64,000 nucleotides of DNA from Octopus sinensis (Eukaryota). The DNA is taken from contig NC_043006.1 of NCBI RefSeq assembly GCF_006345805.1, positions 32,302,001 through 32,366,000 on the forward strand. The letters are read 5' to 3'. The position numbers were made by a program, and so were the translations under genes. The notes beneath the pieces are model-generated. The model did no database searches. It was not told the DNA's origin and worked only from the letters and a program-made list of their open reading frames with translations. Positions 48,201 through 62,326 of this stretch are shown in pieces (position 1 is the stretch's first letter; the number at the start of each line of letters is the position of its first letter).

Positions 48201-51079
48201 TATATATAATATATATATACATATATATAAATACATATATAAAATGAGCAGAAAATGGAGGAAAATTTTTTGATCAACAAACAAATTAACTACCATCGTT
48301 TAAATTGGTTGGTCTTTAGAATATTTCAGAAAGTATACTATTTTTACAACTTTACGGGTATCGCTTTGGGATATATATTAATTAGCTCTACGAAACCATA
48401 AGTACTATTTCTTTTTAGGATTATTGGCGAATCCTGTTATACTTAAATACTAGTTTTATCTTCTTCTTATTTATACACCCTATTACCCTTAAAGAAAGAT
48501 TAACCCACTAATTATTTTTCTAATTTATTTGCTAGTTTGTTCATTTGCTCATGGGTTTTACACTGCAAAATGATATGATTCTATTTATTGAACTTTCTTG
48601 CCTCATCTCGAGGCCCTGTTCTTTCCTTGTCCCTCTTCTCTTCTTTTACTTTATGTATTTGTATTCACTCTGATGAAGCTCCATGTACTAGATCGGATGT
48701 GCTATAAAGATGGCGAATATTATTCTCATAATTTCCTTTGGTTGCACCCACTGACATTGGCAGCAGAAACGGCTGTAAGTAATGTTTAAGCTTTGTATTA
48801 AAAAAATATTTAAACGATGTTAGTCAATTTGTTTGTTGATCAAAAGTTTTCTCCATTTTCTGCCAAGAATTGAATCAAAGATATTTTGTGTTTGTGTTGT
48901 TACTTCTATACCGTTCCAATTCGTGTGGTCTTTCCTGCTAAAGTTTCATTGACCATCAGCGTCATGTGTAAGCAGTCACATGTTGACTTGTTTGTTGCGG
49001 TCAAATTTTGAACGCTAGGTTTTTATTTATTTATTTATTTATTGTTTTTGTGTGTGTCATTAGCCACGTGTTAATTGTTTGATAAGTGTATCTCATAATA
49101 TGACGAGAATATGAGTGCGGAAGTGTCCTCGTTTTTGAAATTTAATGGAATTACAGAATTCCTGGGCGGTTCCAATGCAGGATTTTGTAAAAGTATTTTT
49201 AGTACGGGAGGTGCTAAATCAATACAATCTAAATCACTTTGACTGGTATTAGGCTTATATTTATTATTTCTCGTCGCAATTGATCGTTATTGTAATGAAA
49301 CGAACGAGAGTTCCACACATTTTGACATTAAAGTCATTGCATTGTGGTAATCCCTTTTCATGTTTTGAGATCATCCTCAAAATGTAAATGGCAATATCGC
49401 AATGCGCCCACTTTGTACTTGTCTGTCTGCAGCATTTAAAAAGTAGACAGTAAACTCTGCGTAGTTTCACTCGACCTCAACAACATCCAACATAATTTCA
49501 AATATTAATTTCTTGTCTTTTGTTCGTTATTGAAATAATTTGTCATCATGCAGTATAAGATTGAAATGTATCTCTTACTGCAGTTGGCAATAACTTTCAA
49601 CAATGTAACCTTTGACAAGTATCTTTTATTCTTTCTTTCAGAAACCAGTAAACCAGAGCGCAAACAACGTTCGCCATACGGTTGAAATGGGGTCGCGACT
49701 TTGACTTTAATATTATCTGTGTGAAATACCGGAATTAAATCAGTATTTCTTAACACCATTGCCACTTTGTCAAACTGTTCGTAAGCTATAGCATCTTCTG
49801 TCAACAGAATGACCACTTGTAATCATTACTTTTACTGGGGTAAAAGAGGGGTGGGTCGGTTCCTGTGTTACTTGCTTTGTCTCTTTCGCTTCTCGTAGCA
49901 TTCTGTACAGCATTACATAAAGATTATTTTCTCCCATAATTCAATGTCTCGTAAGTTGTTGGTTGTTGGCAGTGTCGTTAGAGTCGCAGATAAAATGAAA
50001 CACGATATTTGTTCCCGGCCCTCTGTGCGCTGAGCTTTTCATATCCTGCTGGGGCACCTTTTTCCTTTGGGTTTGGGTGGAGCGATAAAGTGAAAACGAA
50101 CCCAGTACTGATACAGAACTCTCTTAGAACTGTAACATCTCGTTGTTCACTGGATCTGTAAGTGTGAAAAAGGAGCAGAACAAGCATGGCTGTGATGTAA
50201 GACGTTGGTCCCAACCGTTCTCATTCTCAGTCTACATCTTTTTGTCTTCGAGTTTTACTTTTTAAACTTGATTATACTTCTACTATCTTATTGTTCTTAT
50301 TTCTTTCCATTTTGTAGAACCTTTCCTCTGTCTTGGTTTCTGAATCCTTCGATCTCATCGTCTTAGTTCTCAGAGTCATTCTTCAGCTTAATTCGTGCAT
50401 TTTTGTTTCTCTTTGTTTTGTAGTTTCGTATTTCAGCCCAGTTGATGCTCTGTGCCTTAATCGTGGTCTGATTCTGTCCTAGCCATCTTTGATAGAAAGT
50501 CTCTAAACTTCTCACATCCCCGCCTTCTCTCTTTCCCTCTCCTTTCTTTCCCTTCTTTCTCTTCCCTCTCTCCCACTATCCTACTGTTCTTTTCCATTCC
50601 CTCTTCCTCTCTATCTCCACCTCTCTTTCTCTCTCTCTCTCTCTCCCACTCTCTCTTGCTGTCTTCTCATCCCAGAATCTTGGAATGTCTTTTGTGATCT
50701 GAGATGAGGATTTTGAAGATCTTCAGCTCGTCTTACAGCTGCTATGTCTGGTGTATCTCATACACTTTGCCTATGCTACGCGTTATTAATCCTCGTCTCC
50801 GTGTCTGCTGCTCTTTCTTTCTTCCATTAAAAAAAAAACAAAATTGAGTCAATAATTATATTACATTTTTGTTTCACAAATATATCTTCCGTTCAATATT
50901 TACTTTTTGACATTTCATAATCTCCGGATTTTAAACTAATAGAAAATAAAATATGTTCTGATGTCCAACGCGCTAAAGGAAATTAATTTGTTCATACTTT
51001 CATTTATTCAATTCTCTTAAAAGTGCAATAAATATATTACGTACTGATTTCTGCTTTCTTTCTTTTCTTTTCTTTTCTT

Positions 51080-51310
51080 TTTTATTCGTTTCAGTCATTT
51101 GACTACGGCCTTGCTAGAGCACCACCTTGAGTCAAAAACATCGACCCAAGGACTTATTCTTTGTAAGCCTAGTACTTATTGTAGTATCGGTTTCTTTTGC
51201 CGAACCGCTAAGTTACGAGGACATAAACACACCAGCATGGGTTGTTGGAGGGACAAACACTGACACACAAACAAATACATACATATACATACACACACAC
51301 ACACACACAC

Positions 51311-51352
<42 letters not shown>

Positions 51353-51368
51353 CATACATACATACATA

Positions 51369-51438
<70 letters not shown>

Positions 51439-51617
51439 TATATATATGTATATATACGACGGGCTTCTTTCAGCTTCCGTTCACCAAATCCACTCACAAT
51501 GCTTTGGTTGGCCCGAGGCTATGGTAGAAGACACTTGCCCACGATGCCACGCAGTGGGACTGAACCCGGAACCATGTGGTTGGTAAGCAAGCTACTTACC
51601 ACACAGCCACTCCTGCG
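51080..51617 (-). mobile_element. SINE family A, full length with expanded internal microsatellite
   Basis: Reverse complement aligns end to end with 31431-31819. Confidence 0.9.
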
Positions 51618-51711
51618 CCCATATACATACATACATTCATACATACATACATCCATCCATCCATCCATCCATCCATCCATCCATCCATCCATACATACAT
51701 ACATACATACA

Positions 51712-51742
<31 letters not shown>

Positions 51743-53179
51743 GTACATACACATATGCAAGTATGCATGGATACATGTCTTCATAAAACATACGCGGCAG
51801 AAGTTAACTCGTACTCAAGTGCACCACTTGTTGAGAAGTTCTTAATTTCTTGGACGTTTCAATGGGAATTCAGAAACGGCGGTATTTTTGGCGAATTCCA
51901 GAATTAGGCAAGCGTTGCTTCGGCTAATTTTTTATAGGTCCTTTCTGATGAGTAGTGTTATTCTCGGCAGCGACTATTTAATTACACGAGGAGCTGTTGT
52001 ATCTCTCCAACGCCATTGCTTGGAAAAGAAACGATCATTAACCCAAGCCGACAACGAACAGATTTTCAATTATAAACTGCCATCTTCTCAGCTTGTATCT
52101 TACACAACACCTAATCGTAACACACTTTTTTCATATAGAGTGTGTTTTCTAAGAGGTTCATGGGGATGAAATTGAGTGAAGTGCGTACAAAACTACTCTC
52201 ACGTTTAAGACAAAACAGCTTTTATCCCGATGACCCAGTTTTGGCTTTGACAGCCAGAAACTGTGTGTGTATGTGTGTGTGTGTGTATTTACGCGCCTGT
52301 GTTTGTTCCCCACCACCGCTTCAGAGTTGGTGAGTTTACGTCCCCTTAACTTTGCGGTTCGGCAACAATATTCCGATAGAATAAGTACCAGGCTTTTAAA
52401 ATAAATAAGCACTGGGGTCGTTTTGTTCAGGTGAAAATTCTTGAAGGTGGGTGTCCCAGCAAGGCCGCAGTCTAATGAATGAAACAAATAAGAAAAAAAA
52501 TAAATAAAAGAAAAATAAAACTACCAATTTCAATCTGCGCTATTTTACTTTATCGATCTTTATTCGTCTGTCTGGTGAAATTTAAAAGGCCACGATTCCA
52601 ATTCTTTAAATGTTTCTATTTGGAGACGTAGTTTTGCAAGCGTTGGCGGTCTGTGTAAGCAAATAACCGAGAAATTTCTTATGTGAGGAAGCATTTTAAT
52701 TTCTACCTTCTCGCTGACAAAGTCTCCAACGGTTAATCCATAGTTTCTACTTACGCAGCGACACTAGATATCCATTTATTAACCATATCGTATGCAACTC
52801 ATAAATGCATATTTATTCATAATTATGTTATATAGTTATCATATATTTATTGATATGATAAGACTTAACATTTATCGTTCATTCATTAACTTATTAATTT
52901 TGATTCATGCCAAATTATTAATTGTCAACAGCTCGATTTCCCTAATCTTTACATACTAGTTACATAGTTTTGGCTTCCCTCTTTGCTCTAGTGTCTGTGT
53001 GTACGAGCCAGTGTGGAACGGCTTTAAATCTTAATTCTTTAAATTAGTATACATTTACACATTACTGCAACACAGTAATAATTATTATCTCTAGATCGGT
53101 ATAACTCTACAACTGAATTGGCTAAAACTCTGTAATCGTAACACACACTAACACGTGCACACACACAGGCCATTCACTG

Positions 53180-53219
<40 letters not shown>

Positions 53220-55426
53220 ACATACACACGCACAACGGGCTTCTTTCAGTTTCCACCTACTAAATCCACTCACAAGGTTTTGATGTTATAGAAGAAAACA
53301 TTAGCCTAAGGTGCCACACTTCCAATGATGGATTCGATCCGTAGTCATCGAATTAGCTTTCTCCTTTCTGGTTTTGAGAAACCTAATTACTGAAGATTGG
53401 TATTTAGGCAGCGTGTTTATGTATACGTACATACATACGTATGTATATATGTATGTATATATGTATGTATGTGTGTATGCATGTATGTGTGTATGTATGT
53501 ATGTATGTATGTATGTATGTATGTATGTATGTATGTATGTATGTATGTGTATATGCGTGCGTATATATATATAATTTCCAGAGTTGAAACCTGTTGTGTG
53601 GCCTAAATACTACAAGATGACAATATTGATGTTGATGACGAGGACAATACCGCCGGCGATGACTACAACGCCGATGATGGATTTGGTGATTATTTTGATA
53701 GTGGTTATGGTGATGGTGGTAAGGATGGTGGTGGTTGTGCTAATGGAGGCGATGGGTATATAGGCAGTGATAATAATGACCATCACAATGAGGATCAGAA
53801 TTATAGTGATTTATGAAGCCTATGATTAAAATAGATTTCTTGAAAGAACTAAGGAGGGAGTGAAAACCGAAAACACGCAAAAATATATATTCATACGTAA
53901 TTCTGAAAAATAAAAATAATGAAATAAACAACGTCTGTTTTTTTTCCCCCACTCTCCTCTTGTCGAAAATTTCAATGTATTATAAATAATTATAGAATTT
54001 ACGATTATCTTCACCAGAGATACATAATGCGTGACAGACAAACAGTTGTGTTGGAATAAGTGTCAGATCAAAGTCGATAACATATGTTACGTAGAAGGAT
54101 TTCTCGGAGTAAAATGGAACACGAAACGAACCAATCACGCACTTGCCTTATTAATCCTATTTTATATATGACATTTTCCCCTTCACATAATATTCTGTAA
54201 TTACTAACCGCAAATATAGATAACAATATGGATAACATCTTTCTTTCTCGTCTTTCAGACTTTTCTCTCTCTCTCTCTTTCTCTTTGTCTCTCTCTTTCT
54301 CTATCTTTCACTTTTTCAATATTTCTCCCATGCAACACATACGCACTATACACATACATATAGGGAGACACTTTTTCAAGTTCCGTCTTTCCGCTCCTTC
54401 CTTCTCTCTCCCTATTTTATCTCCCCTTCCTTCTCTCTCCCTATTTTATCTCCCCTTCCCTCTCTCTTTTCTCTCTCCTCTCTCCCTCTTTTCTCTCCCC
54501 TCTCCCCTCTTTTCTCTCCCCTCTCTCCCTCTGCGTTTCGTTATCTCTATATGTTTGTATTAAATGCATTCGCAATATCAGTACTTGGGTTTTGATTATT
54601 CTAATAATGCCAGTAATAGTAGTGTTAATTAAGAGTTTCCTTTAGCTGGAAAAAGTCCAAGGCTACCCGTGGGAATCTAATCCACGTCTTTTGTCAACAT
54701 GTCAGATATTCTACCATTATGCCAAAGCAATCTTTCGAATTTCTCCATCTATAATTCTTACCAGGGAGAAACGTGAGTTGTTAATGTAATAAGAATTTAG
54801 ATGCATCGAATGACACAAAATAATCGGTTTTAACGGTGGAACTTGAATTAGATAAAGCTATAATTAACAGCTTGCAAATATTGGACAAATGTTGAATGGA
54901 AAAAGTCGGAGGCCATTATCTATTGCTTTATCTGCTTCGAGTTTTACCAGTACAAACGGTTTATTTCATGTCTCTCAAAGTTACTTAATTCTTATGATAT
55001 ACACAACAGACAATTCTCGTTGGCGAGAACAAAGCTTGTTAAATGGCTGGAGAAATTTAAATGATTGCTTTGACACAATGGCAGAATAAATATCGATGTT
55101 TTTACCGTCTAAGCTGGTTTAACCTAATATTTACAGCCTATTATGATGTTAATATAATTACAATAATGAGAATTATAAAATTAATTTTTTTAATTAAAGG
55201 AATCTTTAACACTTAGCCATTATTTAGCCGGAATCATTGTTCTTATACACGTGTTTAAATTTGCATGTATATATATTTATGTATGTTTTTAATGTTCACA
55301 CATGGATGTGTGTGTATCTATATTTAGTTATATGATTTTAGGTATGTATATTCTTCATGAGTGTATATACTTTTATTTGTGTTTGTATACAAACGCGAGT
55401 GTGTGTGCATATATATATATATATAT

Positions 55427-55485
<59 letters not shown>

Positions 55486-55498
55486 CATATAATAATGC

Positions 55499-55573
<75 letters not shown>

Positions 55574-55647
55574 TGCGTGTGTACGCATATTGTTGCATGT
55601 GCATTTAAGTCTGTGTATATATCTATGCGTTAATATTTCTGTATGTA

Positions 55648-56233
55648 AAGGCGGTGAGCTGGGTGAAATGCTTAGCTGTATTTCGTCTGCTGTTACGTTC
55701 TGAGTTCAAATTCCGCGCAGGTCGACTTTGCCTTTCATCCTTTCGGAGTCGATAAATTAAGCACCGCTTACGCACTGGGGTCGATGTAATCGACTTAATT
55801 CGTTTGTCCCCTCTGTGTTTAGCCCCTTGTGGGTAGTAAAGAAATAGGTATTTCGTTTGCCGTTACGTTCTGAGTTAAAATTCCGCCGTGGTCGACTTTG
55901 CCTTTAATCCTTTCGGGGTCGAAAAATAAATTAAGTATCAGTTACTCACTGGGGTCGATCTAATTGTCTTAATCCCTTTGTCTGTCCTTGTTTGTCCCCT
56001 CTATGTTTAGCCCTTTGTGAGCAATAAAAGAAATAAGAAACGTTAGCATTGCTGGGTAAAATACTTAGCAGTGTTTCCTCTGTCCTGACGTTCTGAGTTC
56101 AAATGTTGCCGAGGTCGACTTTGCCTTTTATCCTTTCGGGGTCGATAAATTAAGTACCACTTACGTACTGGGGTCAATCTAATTGACTGGCCCCTACCCC
56201 AAAATTCCGGGCCTTGTGCCTAGAATAGAAAAG
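55648..56233 (+). mobile_element. SINE family B trimer
   Basis: Three units and two linkers; 16-bp TSD with 1 mismatch (55632-55647 / 56234-56249). Confidence 0.9.
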
Positions 56234-56649
56234 AATATTTTTGTATGTATGCGTATATATGTAATCAACTTTTACACTCCCCTCTCCTGTCCTCATTATT
56301 GTTAAGTTTATACATATCTAGTCGTGTGCGTTTTTCTATCTTCGCCTGTCAAGTGTGTGTTTACTAAGAAAATATATAAAAAAGAAAGAAAATGCACAAA
56401 ATTTTTATGTTAGAAGAATATATTTACATAGTCTATCGGTTTCACTTACGCTAATCATGATAAAGTAGTTAGTAGTAATGCTATAATTTCATGGTATCAT
56501 AAGTTGCTGTTCTACGTTGGTAGGAAAATAGATATTTTGTAACTAAATCTGTAGGTAAATTAATTTTAGGGAAAGTAATCTGTGATTGTTATCATTAGAA
56601 CCAGGAGAGGTAATTACCCAGTTTATTTTTAAAAGTAAATTGATTATAT

Positions 56650-57630
56650 GTAGTTTTTAAAAACAATCTATGGAAGAAATGATGTAACTCCGTGGTTGAA
56701 AATTAGTCATGTGTTCATATGTTCAAGGCATTGTTGATATTTTTCACTGAATGTAGAATCTTTTTTTAAACCACTTATACGGAGGTTGTTCCACTGCATT
56801 GATATTCAGGGAATATTTTAAAATTTGTTCACTTAATGGTATTGTTTATATTTTGGGAAATAGATTTGTTTCCCATGCAGTGTTGTTCCACATCTGAGAG
56901 ACATTGTTGTTTGCTCTATGTAGTTGTGATCACAACTTGAACAAGTTATGACGTAGATTAACTTTTCGGATGCACAGGTATGTTCAGTCTTAATTTTGTA
57001 TATTTCTTCTCGATTAAAATGAAATTCCGAACCTTCCAGTATGTTTGGATAAGTCACCCACATTTTTTTCAATTTTGGTTTTGTCGTTGTTGGGTATATT
57101 TTTGTATCTGTCATTGTCTTTAGTGACTTCGGTTATCTTTGCTTTTAATGGTTTTATGTGTACGGAGAATTTGAATCATCTTAGTGTCCTTATTGTGCAG
57201 AGGTAAATTTTGAGTAATGTTGTTATATGTTTCACTGTATCTAGGATTGTGCATAAATATATAGGGAAATAATTTAAAATCGACTGTAGTATTTCGTTGT
57301 AGTTGTCTTAGTGTTTGGATATCAACTCTTTTGGCACGTTTTACCCCAGTCGTCTATTAGTGAAACTGGATAACATCTCTCTAACGAGTAAGGTTTTTAG
57401 TCATGAAGTCGTTGGTCAGACACTGTTGTGCCAATCCTTTCAGCTAAATTGAAAGCGGTATATATTCCAATATATTTCGAGTGAGCGAAAAGGATTTGGA
57501 CAATAATGTCTGATAGAAATACCCGGGACTATGTATATATTTTATTTCATATTTTTTCCAACATAAAATTTTTGCCCAATTTCTTTTTAGATACCGTTTT
57601 ATCACAAACCATTGTGTACTTTCTAGAATA
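56650..57630 (-). mobile_element. Penelope-like element remnant (RT thumb/linker plus GIY-YIG endonuclease)
   Basis: Pieces resembling IPFNLAxRIxTIVSD, LLERCYPVSLID and HNP, then KIKTEHTCASEKLIYVITCSSCDHNYIEQT..LR..TTLHGKQI (ORF 56833-57114). Confidence 0.8.
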
Positions 57631-58321
57631 TTTTCATACTTATATATACATACATATATATTTATATACATATATTAGAAAAACACAAAAGAGGTTTATT
57701 TATGATTTATCAGCTACATACGTTTCAAATAGCATAGCATAACTCAAAATGCTGCAATGAAACACTTATGCACAACTTCATCAGTCCCATATTTGACCTA
57801 TTAAAATGCCACCAACAGGGCTCTTATAGAATATTCCCCTGAATTCTTTAATCCCTTTTCCCTTCATTTATATATAATATTATATCTTACACTCCAGATC
57901 AAACAATCAGAAAGGCCACATTTCAATTAAGACCTCAGTATGTTTCAAATGCAGAATATATATATTTATATATTCCAAATTTATATATTCCAGATTTTCA
58001 GCTGATCAACTGTTTCAGAATCTCCTCTGAGATGGAAAGGCTCCAATGAATAGGTTTACATAATAATCTATATAAATATTATGAAACTTGTTTATTGGAA
58101 AATATTTATCTCTGGGGATATTGTGAAACATTCGGCCAACCATACGTTCGGAATCTGAATTAATAAATGTGGCTGTGTGCACGTACATATGTTTGTATGT
58201 GTGTGCATCGAATTAAGTTATGAATATATGACATACATACATACATACATACATAAATACATACATACATACATACATACATACATGCATGCATGCGTAC
58301 ATACATACATACATACATACA

Positions 58322-58357
<36 letters not shown>

Positions 58358-58362
58358 TATAC

Positions 58363-58396
<34 letters not shown>

Positions 58397-58525
58397 GCGT
58401 GTATGTTTGTTTATATATACACATACATATATTCATATACATGTAACCCACACACTTTCCCACATATATAAATACTTGCACATGTATATATCTTTGTACA
58501 TATATACATACAGATATATATATAT

Positions 58526-58527
<2 letters not shown>

Positions 58528-58563
<36 letters not shown>

Positions 58564-58890
58564 TTAACGTCCGTTGTCCATGCTGGCATGGTTGGGACGG
58601 TTTGACTCGGCTGGCACGCTGGAAAGCTGCGCCAGGCTCCAGTCCGATTTGGCATGGTTTTCTACGGCTGGATGCCCTTCCTAACGCCAACCACTCCGAG
58701 AGTGTAATGGGTGTTTCTACGCGCCAGCGGCACGGGTGCCGTTTGCGTGACACCGGTACCTACCATGAGTGCGATCTTGCTCAGCATGACGGCTCTTCTT
58801 TTTTAGCACGACATAATGCCCAAGGTCTTGGTCATTGCCTCCGTAAAGCCTAATGCGCGAAAGGAACTCGGCCACTTCGCCACCCTTGGA
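58528..58890 (-). mobile_element. SINE family E with (ATG)n tail (diverged fragment at 21060-21280 +)
   Basis: tRNA-like start ggcgaagtggccgagt; core gttggcgttaggaagggcatccagccgtagaaa; tail aaatgatgatgatg. Confidence 0.8.
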
Positions 58891-58980
58891 CCTTGAATCA
58901 CATATACAAAGCACAAGAAGTACTCTTTCTGTCTCTCTCTCACTCTCTCTCTCTCTCTCTCGCACACACACACACACACA

Positions 58981-59020
<40 letters not shown>

Positions 59021-59719
59021 GCACACTCTCAGTATCGATTCAAAAGCCATCATCAAATTCATTGATACTTCTGAAAAAATACTCTCTAATCTTTTTTCTT
59101 TATATTTTAATGCCTTTTTTTCATATGACTTTCCTATTTATAATATATATATATATATATATATTTTCGTTGTTCTTTCGTATCAAATGCTAAGTTAGAT
59201 AAGCCTTAGACTCCATCATCGTCTGATGATTCGAAACGTGTCCCTCTGAGTGATGTTCAATGAGCCTTACAACTTGAAACACACGTTTGTGCACTAGTAT
59301 ACCATGCTTTTCTTGTACTGCGACAAGTAGGTGAATAGTTATATTATCGAACTGTTTAAGATTCTGACAGTTAATACTTTTCTATATGTTATTTTACACC
59401 AACGAAGATCGATACTTTGAACTACCTCTAACTACTGATTCGAAACTAGATTTTTGGCGAAGATCAATACCATTAATTGTTTATAGACTGATACATCTTT
59501 TCAAGAAAAGACTTCCAATGAATTCTTTATGAATTTTGCTTATATTCTAGCTTCGGTGACATATACATATGTGTATGTGTGTGTATTTTCGCACGCACAC
59601 ACCCGCAGACACAGGCACACGTACACATACACGCACATATATATATATGTATATATATATTAATATATATATATATACATACATATACATACATACATAT
59701 ACATACATACATATATATT

Positions 59720-59752
<33 letters not shown>

Positions 59753-59856
59753 TAATAATAATAATAATATGACAACAAAAAAATGAATCAGACCTCGATA
59801 TTATGTAAATAAAGGAATTTATCTATAAATATATAATATTGGACAATCAGTTAGCT

Positions 59857-59920
59857 GTCATAATGATACTCAGAGTTTCAGATGGCGGGGCCAAAAGACA
59901 TCCTCATCAGTTACTAAGAC
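59857..59920 (-). ncRNA. Type-I hammerhead ribozyme motif, core complete
   Basis: gtcttagtaa CTGATGA ggatg-tcttttggccccgc-catct GAAA ctctgag TA| tcattatgac; stem I 8/10 paired, stem II 5 bp, stem III ACTC-T-GAGT. Confidence 0.75.
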
Positions 59921-59942
59921 ATCTGAAACTGTGAGTATTATT

Positions 59943-60960
59943 ATGACAGCCCACAAACTCAAATCAATAATAATGCTGAATGTACAAGGTCTCTCACACT
60001 TCACAAATCGAACAAAACGGTCATATCCTTGAGACCTGGTGCACAGAGGAAAGATAATGCGTAGCACAAAGTGAAACACACCTGTCTTCACAGATATCGG
60101 ATGCGGAAGTACGTATGTCAGGTTATGTACTACACAGAACTGACCACAGAATACGGAAACAAGGAAGAGTAGTTGTTTTGTTCCTTCTCGAACCATGCCT
60201 GGCTCATAAGGGCCAGTTTCCCGGTTTCTTGGCGTATAGGTTCCCCACCTAGACGGGACGCCGGTCCGTCGCAGGTGAGCCGCAAGATGCAGGAAGAAAG
60301 AGTGAGAGGGAGTTGTAGCGAAAGAATCAGCAGAAGTTCACCATTACCTTCTGCTGGAGCGCGTGGAGATTAGGTGTTTCGTTCATAAGCACACACATCG
60401 CCCGGTCTGAGATTTGAACCGGCGATCCCTCGACCGCGAGTCCTCTGCTCTAACCACTAGGCCATGTGCCTCCACAAGGAAGAGTAGCGCTCTTCATTCG
60501 TGAAGACCTAGCAATAAATGTCCTCTTCTCATATTCCATCACAGTAATACTCTTATAATGCATGTGATCGACCTGAGTTTGGTAATAGGGATTACCAACC
60601 GTCCACCCGATGCGGTTAACCACAGAGATCATTTCAAGGATGCTTTGTCGCTTTTAAGCCAAACTCACGGCAATGTGCTTTTAATAGGAGGCTCTAATTT
60701 CCCTAATCACAACTGAGTGATACATCCAGCCTGGAACTAAACAACTAAACAGGAGATACATGAACGCTCTCCTCGTAGAAACCCCTCCCAGGGTCTCTGG
60801 ATTTAATTACAGTTTGTGTGATGGTTGATATAAGTTCCATGATAACTAACTATACTCTGTGTGATAATTCTAGATAACTTTTTCGATGCTAGAGGAGTCC
60901 TCACCATTTTGGCTTGTGCATATTGTTATCACCACAGGACGATGATATTACAAGATGTCA
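59943..60960 (+). pseudogene. Decayed LINE AP-endonuclease domain, split by a SINE
   Basis: Own translation across frameshifts: MTAHKLKSIIMLNVQGL...DAEVRMSGYVLHRTDHRIRKQGRVALFIREDL...GITNRPPDA...VLLIGGSNFPN (matches LNVxG, GYxxxRxDR..GGVA, YRPP, GDFN). The reading frame continues across the SINE TSD. Confidence 0.8.
60173..60473 (-). mobile_element. tRNA-derived SINE family D, full length
   Basis: Head tggcctagtggttagagcag...ggttcaaatctc; perfect 14-bp TSD acaaggaagagtag (60159-60172 / 60474-60487). Confidence 0.92.
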
Positions 60961-61709
60961 AGCTGGGAGAATCGTAAGCGCATTGGATGAAATGCTTAGT
61001 TCAAACTCTGCCGAAATCGACTTTTCTTTCATCCTATGGGGTCGATAAAATAAAGTCGCAGTTGAGTACTTGGGTCGATGTAATCGACTTGCCCCTCACC
61101 CACTAATCCTCACAATTACCAGAATTAGAAAGGATTATCATTATCATTGGATTTGAAGATATCAAAGTTATCTAACCGCTTACAAATAAAATTGCCGAGA
61201 TATTTATGTTTTTTACATTACATTCTACCTTAAACCTCGCAGAAACGCCGAGCAGGGAGCAGCTTTCAAACATTTACGAAGGATATTGCTAACATCATCA
61301 CACTAAAAGCCATATTCGCATCATCGTTTGTCACACATCACTATATTTATTCTGCTTCCATCCTTTAAGTGGAATGGATGTTTGAATATATGTTATTTCC
61401 TGTAACTGAATTACGAAAACACACCACTTTAAAATGAAAGCTGTTATATGGATTCTCATTTGACCATCGACCTGCTTACCCATGTTAATGTCAATCTCAA
61501 GTCTTTGGAAAACAAAATGTATAACACCTAATGCTCAATGGAGTCTTCTTTTAACTAAGGTTTCGGGAAGAAAGAAATGTCAAGCTAAGCCGAAGGTGAA
61601 TTTGTAGTCATCTTACGATAAATACTTAATGCGACACTTTTTCTAACCAACATGATACTGTTTTATGCCAGTATGTGTTTCTCTGTTAGTTTCTATGTCC
61701 ATGTATGTT

Positions 61710-61762
<53 letters not shown>

Positions 61763-61922
61763 TATATATGGATGTGTGCCTTCATCTCTGTACATAACCG
61801 CAAGAACATGTATGCAGTAAGATGTGTGGAGGAATGTAATTGTGTAAGTATAATATGCATGTGCATGCGTGCGTTTGTATTTAAGTATATATGCACCTGC
61901 AATAAATGTATACATATATATA

Positions 61923-62190
61923 TGAGGTGGTATCAAAAAGTTCCCGGACTAGTTCAGTAGCCCGCGAACAGATGGCAGCACACGGTTGCAGGTGCAGTGA
62001 GAGTTAGCAGTGACCTTCATGAGGCACTGTGCCGAGTGACACCGTTGTGTTTACTTTGCAAATTGTGAAATTTGTGTTTTTGTTATCAAGTGTGTGCTGT
62101 CGTTTGCGATTTTATCATAGACAGAAGCAAAGATCCAATGTGAAATGTTGCGTTCAACTTGGGAAGTTTGCTAGAGAGATATTAAGTTAC
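61923..62190 (+). mobile_element. mariner 5' end (TIR plus transposase N-terminus)
   Basis: TA + tgaggtggtatcaaaaagttcccggact terminus; QKQRSNVKCCVQLGKFAREIL matches EQRxNIKFCVKLGKSATET. Confidence 0.75.
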
Positions 62191-62252
62191 ATAATATATA
62201 CATTCATATATAAATAATATATAAATATTTATATATACACACAGATCCCCTC

Positions 62253-62326
<74 letters not shown>

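Noticed and set aside
49642-49780. Plus-strand segment with excellent AG acceptor and GTAAG donor
   Set aside because: Stops in all three frames.
53616-53816. 66-codon Asp/Gly-rich open frame (DDNIDVDDEDNTAGDDY...)
   Set aside because: Decayed (GAT)n/(GGT)n repeat; no start codon or convincing splice sites.
57715-57790. Minus-strand ctgatga...gaaacgta near the Penelope remnant
   Set aside because: Stem I does not pair and the base of stem II is poor; kept only as a weak possibility.
59222-59241. ctgatga-ttc-gaaa-cgtg-tc, an ultra-minimal hammerhead-like string
   Set aside because: No stem I complementarity; ctgatgat is explained by a local atcatc/gatgat hairpin.
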